DNA of 64,000 nucleotides, from contig DASSKO010000016.1 in NCBI GenBank assembly GCA_035690425.1, forward strand, positions 1,175 to 65,174. Reading direction: 5' to 3'. The notes below the pieces were generated by a model that worked only from the letters and a program-made list of their open reading frames with translations, was not told where the DNA came from and searched no databases. Numbering within the stretch: position 1 is the first letter of the stretch; each line of letters opens with the position of its first letter. This stretch comes from Nocardioidaceae bacterium (lineage in GTDB: Bacteria > Actinomycetota > Actinomycetes > Propionibacteriales > Nocardioidaceae). Below, piece by piece: positions 46,342 to 55,517 of the stretch. Both the position numbers and the translations under genes were made by a program.

Positions 46342-47132
46342 GCGTCAGGACAGATGTGAAGCGGGTGCTCGCACGGGCGGCCACGAGCCGGCCGGCGGAG
46401 GGGGCGACGCTGCTGATCTACCACCGGGTGGGCGGCGGCACCCAGGACGAGCTCGACCTCCCGGTCGTCTCCTTCGAACGGCAGCTGGAGGCACTCGACA
46501 GCTATCGCGTTGTGCACCTCGACGACGCGCTGGACGCGCTCGACCGGGGCGATGCGGGTCCGCGGGTGGTGTTGACCTTCGACGACGGGTTCGGCGACGT
46601 CTACGCCAACGCCTGGCCGAGGCTGCGTGAGCGGGGTCTTCCCTTCACGCTCTATGTCGCCACGCGTTACGTGGGCGGCACGATGCACTGGGAGGGCTCG
46701 ACCGCGCGGGGAAGCGGCGCGCCAGCTCTCACGTGGCGACAGCTGGAGGAGATGGCCGGGTCCGGTCTGTGCACGATCGGCAACCACACCGACTCCCACG
46801 TGCGGCCGGAGCTGCTCACGGCGGTCGAGCTGGACACCTGTACTCGGGTGCTGCGCGAGCGGCTGAACGTGACGCCACGTCACTTCGCCTACCCATGGGG
46901 GGTTGCGGTGCCGGAGCTCGAGGAGGCTCTTCGGGCCCGGTTCCGCAGCGCGGCCACCGGGCGGCTCGGCCGCAACCGACCGGGCGCAGACCTGATGCGA
47001 CTGTGCAGAGTGCCGGTTCGAGGCAGCGACCCGATCGGGTTCTTCCGCGCCAAGCTGGACGGCGGCCTGTTGCCCGAGCGTCTTTACGGCGGCATCACTG
47101 CCACGGCGAAGCGAGTTGGGGTCCGTGCCTGA
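46338..47132 (+). CDS. Polysaccharide deacetylase (NodB-like)
   Basis: 264 aa, ATGA overlap. VLTFDDGFGDVY, GNHTDSH. Confidence 0.8.
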   Translation: MSVRTDVKRVLARAATSRPAEGATLLIYHRVGGGTQDELDLPVVSFERQLEALDSYRVVHLDDALDALDRGDAGPRVVLTFDDGFGDVYANAWPRLRERGLPFTLYVATRYVGGTMHWEGSTARGSGAPALTWRQLEEMAGSGLCTIGNHTDSHVRPELLTAVELDTCTRVLRERLNVTPRHFAYPWGVAVPELEEALRARFRSAATGRLGRNRPGADLMRLCRVPVRGSDPIGFFRAKLDGGLLPERLYGGITATAKRVGVRA

Positions 47133-48318
47133 CGCCAGGGAAGGCTCCGGACCGATCAAGTTGCGGGCGCGAGACGGCCGCCCACTGAAGCTGATGCATC
47201 TCACGACCGTGGACATGAGTTTGGCGCTGCTGCTGGCGACGGAGCTGGAGGTCGACAACCAAGCCGGGTTGGAGACCTCCGGGGCTTCCGCGCCCGGCGC
47301 GTATGTGGCCCAGGTCGAGGGGCTCGGTGTCAAGCACGTGCCCCTGCCGGCACTGACCCGCGCGTGGGACCCCCGGCGGGACGCGAAGGCGGTGCGGGAG
47401 CTGCTCGAGGTGGTCCGTGCGTCGCGGCCCGACATCGTGCACACGCACAACCCCAAGACCGGTGTGATGGGGCGGATCGTCGGCAGGCTCGCGGCAGTCC
47501 CGGTTGTCGTCAACACCTGCCACGGCCTGTGGGCCGGGCCCGGGGACCGGTTGCTCAAGCGCGCGGCCGTGTACGGCGCCGAGGCGGCGGCTGCCGCGTT
47601 CTCCGACGCGGAGCTCTACCAGAACGGCACCGACCGACGGACGCTGCGACGGTTGGTGCGCCAGTCGAAGACCAAGGTGGTAGGCAACGGCGTCGACCTC
47701 ACGCGTTTCCAGCCTGATGCCGACGCACGCCGACGGGTCCGTGCCGAGCTGGGGGTCGACGAGCACACGACATTGGTCGGCGGTGTCGGCCGGATGGTCG
47801 CCGAGAAGGGGATCGCCGAGTACATCGAGATGGCGCAGGCGCTCGACGAACGGGCCGTCTTCGTCTGGGTCGGTCCGGACGATCCCGACAAACCCGACGC
47901 CGTGGCAGGCAGGCCTTCGTCGGTGCGGTTCCTGGGCGAGCGCTCTGACATGCCCGCTCTCTACAACGCCTTGGACGTCTTCGTGCTGCCGTCGTACCGC
48001 GAGGGGTTCAGCCGGTCCGCGATGGAGGCGGCCGCCACCGGCACCGCGATGGTGTTGTCAGACATCCGGGGCTGCCGGGAGGTGGGCACCCACGAACGGG
48101 ACCTGCTGCTGGCTCCGCCCGGCGATGCCACCAACCTGACGACCACAACCGCGCGGCTGCTGGACGATCCCGGACTGCGCGAGCGACTGGCGAGCTCCGC
48201 TCGCCGGCGGTCCCTGGCTGCCTTCGACCAGCGGACGGTGGCTGCTGCTTCGCTGCACACGTATGCCGAAGTTGCTGCGCGCAAGGGGCTCGGGTGGAGA
48301 ACGGAGTGCACGCCATGA
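47116..48318 (+). CDS. Glycosyltransferase family 4 (GT-B)
   Basis: LKLMHLTTVDMS start region (alternative ATG 47194). PSYREGFSRSAMEAAATGTAMVLSDIRGCREV. Confidence 0.85.
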   Translation: MGSVPDAREGSGPIKLRARDGRPLKLMHLTTVDMSLALLLATELEVDNQAGLETSGASAPGAYVAQVEGLGVKHVPLPALTRAWDPRRDAKAVRELLEVVRASRPDIVHTHNPKTGVMGRIVGRLAAVPVVVNTCHGLWAGPGDRLLKRAAVYGAEAAAAAFSDAELYQNGTDRRTLRRLVRQSKTKVVGNGVDLTRFQPDADARRRVRAELGVDEHTTLVGGVGRMVAEKGIAEYIEMAQALDERAVFVWVGPDDPDKPDAVAGRPSSVRFLGERSDMPALYNALDVFVLPSYREGFSRSAMEAAATGTAMVLSDIRGCREVGTHERDLLLAPPGDATNLTTTTARLLDDPGLRERLASSARRRSLAAFDQRTVAAASLHTYAEVAARKGLGWRTECTP

Positions 48319-48902
48319 GACGAGCGGTGGACGTCGTCGTAGCGACGGTCGCGGCCCTGGTGCTGGCGCCCGTGCTGCTGGTTGTTGCCGGCGCCGTCCG
48401 GTGGCGGCTGGGAAGCCCCGTGCTGTTTCGGCAGGTGCGGGTCGGACGCGACGGGATCGAGTTCTCGATCGTGAAGTTCCGTACGATGCGTCCGCCGCGC
48501 TGGGCCGGTGAGCCTGATGCCGACCGCGACAGTGCGCTGGGACGCCGGCTGAGGGCGATGAGCCTGGACGAGCTGCCGCAGCTGTGGAACGTGCTGGCCG
48601 GGGACATGAGCGTGCTCGGCCCGCGGCCGACGTTGCCCGAGCAGGTCGCCGACTACACCGACCGGCAACGAGGCCGGCTGGCCATCCGTCCTGGGCTGAC
48701 CGGATGGGCACAGGTCAACGGCAGGAACTCGATCTCGTGGCCGGAGCGGATCGAGCTCGACCTGCACTACATCGACAACCGCAGTGTGGTGATGGATGCC
48801 CGGATCGTGTGGCGCACCTGTCTGCAACTGGTGCGACCGACCGGGATCTACGGACCAGGGGGAGTGAACATGGGCTTTCCCACAAAGGAGGGGGACGGGT
48901 GA
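48315..48902 (+). CDS. Small phosphoglycosyl (bacterial sugar) transferase, PglC/WbaP-C-terminal type - initiating enzyme
   Basis: 195 aa from ATG 48315 (ATGA overlap). Re-entrant helix, PVLFRQVRVGRDGIEFSIVKFRTM, DELPQLWNVLAGDMSVLGPRP. Confidence 0.88.
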   Translation: MRRAVDVVVATVAALVLAPVLLVVAGAVRWRLGSPVLFRQVRVGRDGIEFSIVKFRTMRPPRWAGEPDADRDSALGRRLRAMSLDELPQLWNVLAGDMSVLGPRPTLPEQVADYTDRQRGRLAIRPGLTGWAQVNGRNSISWPERIELDLHYIDNRSVVMDARIVWRTCLQLVRPTGIYGPGGVNMGFPTKEGDG

Positions 48903-49624
48903 GCACACCAATCGTCGTGTTCGGTGCCGGCGGCCACGGCCGGGAGGTCCTGGATGTCATCGCGGCACACAACGCCGCTCGCGGCGACCCCGAGTACGAG
49001 TTGCTCGGCGTCGTGGACGATGGGCCGGCCGGGATCAATCTCAGGCGGCTCGCAGAGCGCGGTGTGCCCTACCTCGGTGACCTGCGCAGCTGGGCGCATG
49101 GTGCCGACCGACGGGTGCAGTATGTGGTGGGCGTCGGCAACTCGCCGGTCCGGCGGGCCGTCGACGAGCAGATGTCCGCAGCCGGTTTCGAGGCCGCGAC
49201 GTTGGTCCATCCCGCTGCCGTCATCGGCTCAGGGGTCCGGTTGTCACCTGGGGTCGTGGTGTGTCCCGGAGTCGTCATGACGACCAACATCGTGGTCGGC
49301 CGGCACAGCCACATCAACTTCTGTGCTGCTGTCGGACACGACACCGCGATCGGTGAGTACGTCATGGTGAACCCGTCGGCGAACATCTCTGGCGACTGCG
49401 TCATCGAGGACGACGTGATGCTCGGCGTGGGCTCTGTCGTGTTGCAGGGCCTCACCGTGCACCGTGGCGCGATCGTGGGCGCGTCTGCCTGTGTCGTCAC
49501 CGACGTCCCGGCCGAGCAGGTCGCGAAGGGGGTGCCGGCTCGATGGCAGAGCGGCGTCACCGGGTGGGCAAAGTCTGTCGTCGATTCGGCCGTTCCGCAG
49601 CCGGCGGCGGAAGAGGCGTCCTAG
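48899..49624 (+). CDS. NeuD/PglD-family sugar N-acetyltransferase (left-handed beta-helix)
   Basis: 241 aa from GTG 48899 (GTGA overlap). IVVFGAGGHGREVLDVI N-domain then hexapeptide repeats. Confidence 0.85.
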   Translation: MSTPIVVFGAGGHGREVLDVIAAHNAARGDPEYELLGVVDDGPAGINLRRLAERGVPYLGDLRSWAHGADRRVQYVVGVGNSPVRRAVDEQMSAAGFEAATLVHPAAVIGSGVRLSPGVVVCPGVVMTTNIVVGRHSHINFCAAVGHDTAIGEYVMVNPSANISGDCVIEDDVMLGVGSVVLQGLTVHRGAIVGASACVVTDVPAEQVAKGVPARWQSGVTGWAKSVVDSAVPQPAAEEAS

Positions 49625-49689
49625 CCTGACGAGGGCCGGACCTGTTGGGTGGGGAATCGATCAAGTCGCGGCACGGGGAGGGTTTCGGG

Positions 49690-50082
49690 ATGACTGTGAC
49701 AAGTTCCGCCGGCGTGCAACGAGCGCGCACGGTCGACAAGCCGTGGGGCCACGAGGAGATCTTCGCCCTGGTCGACGGCAAGTTTTGCGGCAAGGTTCTG
49801 CATGTGGATGCAGGGCATTCACTGTCGTTGCAGTACCACCGCGTCAAAGAGGAAGTCATCTGCGTCCAGCGCGGCATGGCACGTGTCGCGGTGGGGGAGC
49901 GTATCGGTGCGCTGACCGAGGTCGAGCTGATGCCGGGCGACAGCCTGCATCTGCCCCCGGGCATGCTGCACCGCATCACCGCAGCGACCGACCTGGTCCT
50001 GCTTGAGGCGTCCACGACCGAGCTCGATGACGTGGTGCGCCTGGCCGACGACTACGGCCGTGCCGGCACGGCCACGCCCTGA
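49690..50082 (+). CDS. Cupin-domain protein (type II phosphomannose-isomerase C-terminal-like)
   Basis: KPWGHEEIFAL...GHSLSLQYHRVKEEVICV...LHLPPGMLHRI. Start ATG 49690 or GTG 49645. Confidence 0.7.
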   Translation: MTVTSSAGVQRARTVDKPWGHEEIFALVDGKFCGKVLHVDAGHSLSLQYHRVKEEVICVQRGMARVAVGERIGALTEVELMPGDSLHLPPGMLHRITAATDLVLLEASTTELDDVVRLADDYGRAGTATP

Positions 50083-50127
50083 GGGCTGGTTCGTACTTCA
50101 CGTCATGCGTTTGACAGGAGGGGTGTT

Positions 50128-50895
50128 GTGAAGGTCGCCATACTTGCCGGCGGTCTCGGCAGCCGAATGGGCGAGGAGACCGTGGTGAAGCCGAAGCCGA
50201 TGGTGGAGGTCGGGGCACGCCCGATCCTCTGGCACATCATGAAGTACTACGCCCATTTCGGGTACGACGACTTCGTCGTGGCCGCCGGTTACCGCGGCGA
50301 GATCATCAAACGGTGGATGGCGGACTACGGCAGCCTGACCGGCGACATCACGGTGCGGCTGCGCGAAGGCCATGTGCAGGTCCACAACTCCGACTGTGAG
50401 GACTGGACGGTCGCCGTGGTCGACACCGGGCCGGGGACCAACACCGGCGGCCGGATCAAGCGGTTGCGGGACTGGGTCGGAGACTCCACCTTCATGCTCA
50501 CCTGGGGCGACGGCGTCGCCGACGTCGACCTCGACAAGCTGCTGCAGTTTCACCGTTCGCACGGCAGGTTGGCGACGCTGACGGCCGTGCGCCCCGCGGC
50601 TCGATACGGCCACCTCGCGACCGAGGGCGACCGCATCGTCGAGTTCACGGAGAAGCCCCAGCTCGCCGAGGGCTGGATCAACGGGGCGTTCTTCGTGCTC
50701 GAACCCGGCGTCTTCGACTACATCGAGGGCGACGACACCCAATGGGAACGCGAGCCGCTGGAGCAGCTCGCCAAGGATGGAGAGTTGATGGCATACCGGC
50801 ACCACGGCTTCTGGCAGTGCATGGATACCCCGCGGGAGAAGCACATCCTCGAGGAGCTGTGGCGCACCGACGCCGCGCCGTGGAAGGTGTGGTAG
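50128..50895 (+). CDS. rfbF: Glucose-1-phosphate cytidylyltransferase
   Basis: 255 aa. KVAILAGGLGSRMGEET, TGPGTNTGGRIKR, FWQCMDTPREK. Confidence 0.9.
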   Translation: MKVAILAGGLGSRMGEETVVKPKPMVEVGARPILWHIMKYYAHFGYDDFVVAAGYRGEIIKRWMADYGSLTGDITVRLREGHVQVHNSDCEDWTVAVVDTGPGTNTGGRIKRLRDWVGDSTFMLTWGDGVADVDLDKLLQFHRSHGRLATLTAVRPAARYGHLATEGDRIVEFTEKPQLAEGWINGAFFVLEPGVFDYIEGDDTQWEREPLEQLAKDGELMAYRHHGFWQCMDTPREKHILEELWRTDAAPWKVW

Positions 50896-50898
50896 AGC

Positions 50899-51948
50899 AT
50901 GCGAATCCTCGTCACCGGCCACGATGGCTACATCGGCACCTCGCTGGTGCCCCTCTTTCTCGCAGCCGGCCATGATGTGGTCGGCCTCGACTCGATGCTG
51001 TACCGGCACTGCCAGATCGGCGCGGCACCGGTCGAGATTCCGGAGATCCAGTGCGACATCCGCGACGTGACGCCCGACCACTTCGCCGGCGTGGACGCCG
51101 TGGTCCATCTGGCCGGGATCTCCAACGACCCCCTCGGTGACCTCAACTCCGAGACCACCTACGACATCAACCACCGCGGGACGACCCGGGTCGCCGCGGC
51201 CGCGAAGGCGGCGGGAGTGCGCCGGTTCGCGTTCTCCTCCTCGTGCAGCATCTACGGTGCACACGGCGACGCACCCATCGACGAGTCCGCCGCCTTTCTG
51301 CCGGTCACGCCGTACGGAGAGTCCAAGGTGCTGGCCGAGCGCGACCTCACCGACCTCGCCGACGAGGACTTCTCGCCGACGTTTCTGCGGAACGCGACCG
51401 CGTACGGGTACTCCCCGCGTCTGCGCGGAGACCTTGTGGTCAACAACCTCGTCGGCTACGCGGTCGCGATCGGTGAGGTGCGGCTGAAGAGTGACGGGAC
51501 TCCGTGGCGGCCGTTGGTGCACATCCAAGACATCGCCCGGGCCTTCCTCGCGATCGTCGAGGCGCCGCGCGACGTCGTACACCTGAAGGCATACAACGTG
51601 GGAACGACCGAGGAGAACTACCGGATCCGCGAGGTCGCCGGGATTGTGGAGGCGACAGTGCCCGGATCGAGGGTCACGTTCGGGGAGGACGCCGGGCCGG
51701 ACAAGCGCAACTACCGCGTGGACTGCTCGTTGATCGCCGAGGAGCTGCCGGCGTTCCAGCCGGTCTGGACCGTGGCCGACGGCGCTGCCCAGGTCCTGGA
51801 GGCGTTTCTCGCCGCCGGACTCACGCTCGAAGACCTCACCGGGCCGCGACTCCAGCGCATCCGGAGCGTGCTCGACCAGCAAAGCTCTGGTGTGCTGGGT
51901 GCGGACCTGCGTCGCTGTTCGATGGTGGAGGAGGTCGCTCGTGCCTGA
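50899..51948 (+). CDS. NAD-dependent nucleotide-sugar epimerase/dehydratase (extended SDR)
   Basis: 349 aa. ILVTGHDGYIGTSL, catalytic YGESK. Confidence 0.85.
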   Translation: MRILVTGHDGYIGTSLVPLFLAAGHDVVGLDSMLYRHCQIGAAPVEIPEIQCDIRDVTPDHFAGVDAVVHLAGISNDPLGDLNSETTYDINHRGTTRVAAAAKAAGVRRFAFSSSCSIYGAHGDAPIDESAAFLPVTPYGESKVLAERDLTDLADEDFSPTFLRNATAYGYSPRLRGDLVVNNLVGYAVAIGEVRLKSDGTPWRPLVHIQDIARAFLAIVEAPRDVVHLKAYNVGTTEENYRIREVAGIVEATVPGSRVTFGEDAGPDKRNYRVDCSLIAEELPAFQPVWTVADGAAQVLEAFLAAGLTLEDLTGPRLQRIRSVLDQQSSGVLGADLRRCSMVEEVARA

Positions 51949-53170
51949 GACATCCGGATGCCGCTCCTGCGGCAGCAGCCGGTTGCGCACCTTCCTGTCG
52001 CTGGGCAAGGTTCCGCTGCCGACCGCCCTGCTCACCGAAGCCCAGCTGCGCGAGCCAGAGGCCCGCTTCCCGCTCGACGTCGCACACTGCCCCAACTGCT
52101 CGCTGGTGCAGATCCTGGAAGATGTGCCGCCGGAGCAGTTGTTCGTCGACAACTACCTGTACTTCTCGTCGTTCTCCGACGAGCTGTTGCGGCACTCGCG
52201 CGAGCACGCGCTCGGCCTCATCAAGGAGCGAGAGCTGGGGCCTGACAACCTGGTCGTGGAGCTGGCCAGCAACGACGGCTACCTGCTGAGCAACTTCGTC
52301 GAGGCTGGCGTACCCGTGCTCGGGATCGACCCGGCACCGGACCAGGCCGATGCTGCGGAGCGGGCCGGCGTACCCACCCTGCAGGAGTTCTTCGGCCTGG
52401 ACCTCGCGCGGCGCATCCGGGCCGAACGGGGACCGGCCGACGTGATCATCGCCAACAACGTGATGGCCCACATCCCCGATCTCAACGGGTTCGTAGGTGG
52501 GATGGCGCACCTGCTGGCCGAGGACGGCATCGCCACGATCGAGAACCCGTACGTGCGCGACCTGATCGACAACTGCGAGTTCGACACGATCTACCACGAG
52601 CACTTCTTCTACTACTCGTGCACCGCGGTCGACCACCTCGTCCGGCGCCACGGCATGTACCTCAACGACGTGGAGTACTTCCCCGAGTTGCACGGCGGCA
52701 CGTTGCGGTGGCACGTCGGGCACAACGAGGACGTGTCGGAGACGGTCCGTGGCTACCTCGCCAACGAGCGCGCCCGGGGCATTGCCGACTTCGGCTACTA
52801 CGCGAGCTTCGCCGAGCGCGTGGACGGGATCCGCGACCGGCTGCTCAGCCTGCTCGCAGAGCTGCGCGGCGGCGGGGCACGGATCGCCGCGTACGGCGCG
52901 GCTGCCAAGGGGAGCACGCTGCTCAACTACATCGGCATTGGACCCGACCTCGTCGACTTCGTGGTCGACCGCAACGTGCACAAGCAGGGCAAGCACATGC
53001 CCGGGGTGCACATTCCCGTCCGAGCGCCGGAGGCGCTGCTCGAGGAGCAGCCCGACTACGTGCTGATGCTCTCCTGGAACTTCCGCGACGAGATTCTGCG
53101 CCAGCAGCAGGAGTACCTGCGCCGCGGTGGACGCTTCATCGTGCCCGTCCCGGATCCGGAGGTGATCTGA
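51941..53170 (+). CDS. NDP-hexose C-methyltransferase-like SAM-dependent methyltransferase, paralog 1
   Basis: 409 aa from GTG 51941. N-terminal 4-Cys zinc ribbon (CRSCGSS...CPNCSLV), SAM fold VVELASNDGYLL. C-terminal domain RIAAYGAAAKGSTLLNY...VDRNVHKQGKHMPG. Confidence 0.8.
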   Translation: MPETSGCRSCGSSRLRTFLSLGKVPLPTALLTEAQLREPEARFPLDVAHCPNCSLVQILEDVPPEQLFVDNYLYFSSFSDELLRHSREHALGLIKERELGPDNLVVELASNDGYLLSNFVEAGVPVLGIDPAPDQADAAERAGVPTLQEFFGLDLARRIRAERGPADVIIANNVMAHIPDLNGFVGGMAHLLAEDGIATIENPYVRDLIDNCEFDTIYHEHFFYYSCTAVDHLVRRHGMYLNDVEYFPELHGGTLRWHVGHNEDVSETVRGYLANERARGIADFGYYASFAERVDGIRDRLLSLLAELRGGGARIAAYGAAAKGSTLLNYIGIGPDLVDFVVDRNVHKQGKHMPGVHIPVRAPEALLEEQPDYVLMLSWNFRDEILRQQQEYLRRGGRFIVPVPDPEVI

Positions 53171-54346
53171 GTGACCTGCCCCGCTTGCGCCGGCGTCGAC
53201 ACCGAGGTCTTCTACCGCCGGGACGGCGTCCCCGTGCACAGCTGCCTGCTGCTCGACGACGCCGGCGAGGCGCGCGACTTCCCGCGCGGCGACCTCCGGT
53301 TAGCGATCTGCCACACGTGCGGCTTCGTCTTCAATGAGGCCTACGACTCCGCCCGCAGCCGGTACTCCCCGGACTACGAGGAGACTCAGGCATACTCCGC
53401 GCACTTCCAAGGCTTCCTGACCGAGCTGGCCGCCCGCTGGGTCGACCGCTACGGTCTGCGCGGTGGTCGAGTGGTGGAGATCGGCTGCGGCAAGGCGGAG
53501 TTCCTCGTCGAGCTCGTCGAGCACGGTGTGTCCGAGGGCATCGCCCTTGACCCGGGCGTCCACCCGGAGCGGATCCCCGCACACGTCCGCGATCGGATCA
53601 CAGTCGTGCAGGGATTCTTCCCACAGGACCTCGCAGACCTCGACGCGGACGCCGTCGTCTGCCGGCACACCCTGGAGCACATCGGCCCGGTGGGCGAGTT
53701 CATGCGCGAGATCCGGCGAGCCATCGGGGAGCGCACGGACACCGTGGTGCTGTTCGAGCTGCCCGACACCCTGCGGGTGTTGCGCGAGGCCGCGTTCTGG
53801 GACCTCTACTACGAGCACTGCTCCTACTTCACGCTGGGCTCACTGGCGCGGTTGTTCCGCCGGACCGGCTTCGAGGTGCTCGACCTGTCGATGGCCTACG
53901 ACGACCAGTACCTGCTGATCGAGGCCCGGCCGATTACCGACGCCGACGCCGTCGAGCCGCACCCCTACGAGGACGACCTTGGCTCGACACAGCAGGCGGT
54001 CCGTTCCTTCCAAGATGCCGAGTCGGCGCTGGTGCGCCGGTGGTCGGAGGAGGTGGAGGCGGTCTCCGCTCGCGGCGGTCGGACGGCGATCTGGGGCTCC
54101 GGATCCAAGGGCGTCGCCTTCCTGGCAGCGCTCGGCGACCGGTCAGCGGCGGTCGGATGCGCCGTCGACATCAACCCGCACAAGCACGGCAGATTCATGG
54201 CGGGCACCGCGCACCCCATCGTCGCGCCGGCGCACCTGCAGCAGTACGCACCGGAGCTCGTGGTGGCGATGAACCCGGTCTATGTGGACGAGATCCAGCG
54301 TGACCTCGACGACCTCGGCGTGTCGACCAACCTGAAGGCGCTGTGA
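53171..54346 (+). CDS. C-methyltransferase-like SAM-dependent methyltransferase, paralog 2
   Basis: 391 aa. CPACAGV...CHTCGFV, VVEIGCGKAEFL, TAIWGSGSKGVAFL...DINPHKHGRFMAG. Same three-domain layout as paralog 1. Confidence 0.75.
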   Translation: MTCPACAGVDTEVFYRRDGVPVHSCLLLDDAGEARDFPRGDLRLAICHTCGFVFNEAYDSARSRYSPDYEETQAYSAHFQGFLTELAARWVDRYGLRGGRVVEIGCGKAEFLVELVEHGVSEGIALDPGVHPERIPAHVRDRITVVQGFFPQDLADLDADAVVCRHTLEHIGPVGEFMREIRRAIGERTDTVVLFELPDTLRVLREAAFWDLYYEHCSYFTLGSLARLFRRTGFEVLDLSMAYDDQYLLIEARPITDADAVEPHPYEDDLGSTQQAVRSFQDAESALVRRWSEEVEAVSARGGRTAIWGSGSKGVAFLAALGDRSAAVGCAVDINPHKHGRFMAGTAHPIVAPAHLQQYAPELVVAMNPVYVDEIQRDLDDLGVSTNLKAL

Positions 54347-55509
54347 ACAGCATCGGCCGCTGCCCGGCCTGCGACTCCGACCAGGTGCAGGACCTGGCCA
54401 CGATCGGCCCGGTGCCGGTGCTGTGCGGCAGCCTCTGGCCGACTCGGGACGAAGCGCTGACGACTCCGACGGCAGACTTGGCGCTTGCGTGCTGCCTGCG
54501 GTGTGCCCATGTCTGGAACTGGTGTTTCGACCCGACCCTCGTCGAGTACGACGCGCAGTACGACAATGCGCTGGACTTCTCCGCCACCTTCCGCGCGTAT
54601 GCCGAGGGTCTGGTCGACCACCTGGTCGAGGCCTTCGAACTCCAGGGGAAGCGGCTCGTGGAGATCGGGTCCGGCAAGGGGGAGTTCCTCCGCCAGTTGT
54701 GCGCAGCGGGAGGGAACACCGGCCTCGGTTACGACCCCACCTACGAGGGGCCCGACGAGGCGGACGGCATCCGGTTCGTGCGCACCTTCTTCACGCCGGG
54801 CACCGCGGTAGACGACGTCGACTTCGTGTGCTGTCGGCACGTGCTGGAGCATCTCGCGGACCCCTACGGGGCCCTTCTCGACATGCGCAAGGCCGTGCAG
54901 GACCGCCCCGTCCCGATGTACTTCGAGGTGCCGAACGCGGAGTTCAACTTCTCCGAGTCCGGGCCGTGGGACCTGATCTACCCGCACGTCGCGTACTTCA
55001 GCGACATTTCGCTACGAGCCCTGCTGGTTCGCTCCGGCTTCAGGGTGCTGCGGCTGGATCCCGTGTTCGGGGGGCAGTTTCTCGGTGCAGAGGTCGTCGT
55101 GGACACCGCGGCGTTGTCGGCCGACGACGAGCAGTGCCGCGCTCGCGGTGCCGCGCTCGCGCGCTTCTACCGCGATGCGCTCGATCGGCAGTTGACGGAG
55201 ACCAAGGGCTGGCAGCGACGCCTGGACCGGCTGCTGGAGAGTGGCCAGGTCGCGCTCTGGGGCGCCGGGTCCAAGGGCGTCACGTTCTTGTCCCTCGTGG
55301 ACCGTGGCCACAAGGTTGCGACCGTGGTCGATGCCAACCCTCGTAAGTGGGGGCGATTCCTGCCCGGCTGTGGGCATCAGGTCGTGGCCCCCGACGAGGT
55401 CGTGAACCGGTCGGCTCACGCCGTGATCGTGATGAACCCCGCCTACACCGAAGAGATCAAGGGCAGCATCGCAGAGCTCGGATCGCGCGCCGACGTCCTC
55501 GTCGTCTGA
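54343..55509 (+). CDS. C-methyltransferase-like SAM-dependent methyltransferase, paralog 3
   Basis: 388 aa, GTGA overlap. CPACDSD...CLRCAHV, LVEIGSGKGEFL, VALWGAGSKGVTFL...DANPRKWGRFLPG. Confidence 0.75.
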   Translation: MNSIGRCPACDSDQVQDLATIGPVPVLCGSLWPTRDEALTTPTADLALACCLRCAHVWNWCFDPTLVEYDAQYDNALDFSATFRAYAEGLVDHLVEAFELQGKRLVEIGSGKGEFLRQLCAAGGNTGLGYDPTYEGPDEADGIRFVRTFFTPGTAVDDVDFVCCRHVLEHLADPYGALLDMRKAVQDRPVPMYFEVPNAEFNFSESGPWDLIYPHVAYFSDISLRALLVRSGFRVLRLDPVFGGQFLGAEVVVDTAALSADDEQCRARGAALARFYRDALDRQLTETKGWQRRLDRLLESGQVALWGAGSKGVTFLSLVDRGHKVATVVDANPRKWGRFLPGCGHQVVAPDEVVNRSAHAVIVMNPAYTEEIKGSIAELGSRADVLVV

Positions 55510-55517
55510 GCATTCGG

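Noticed and set aside
50098-52152. 684-aa ORF on the minus strand
   Set aside because: It is antisense to rfbF and the SDR epimerase/dehydratase, both with diagnostic motifs on the plus strand.
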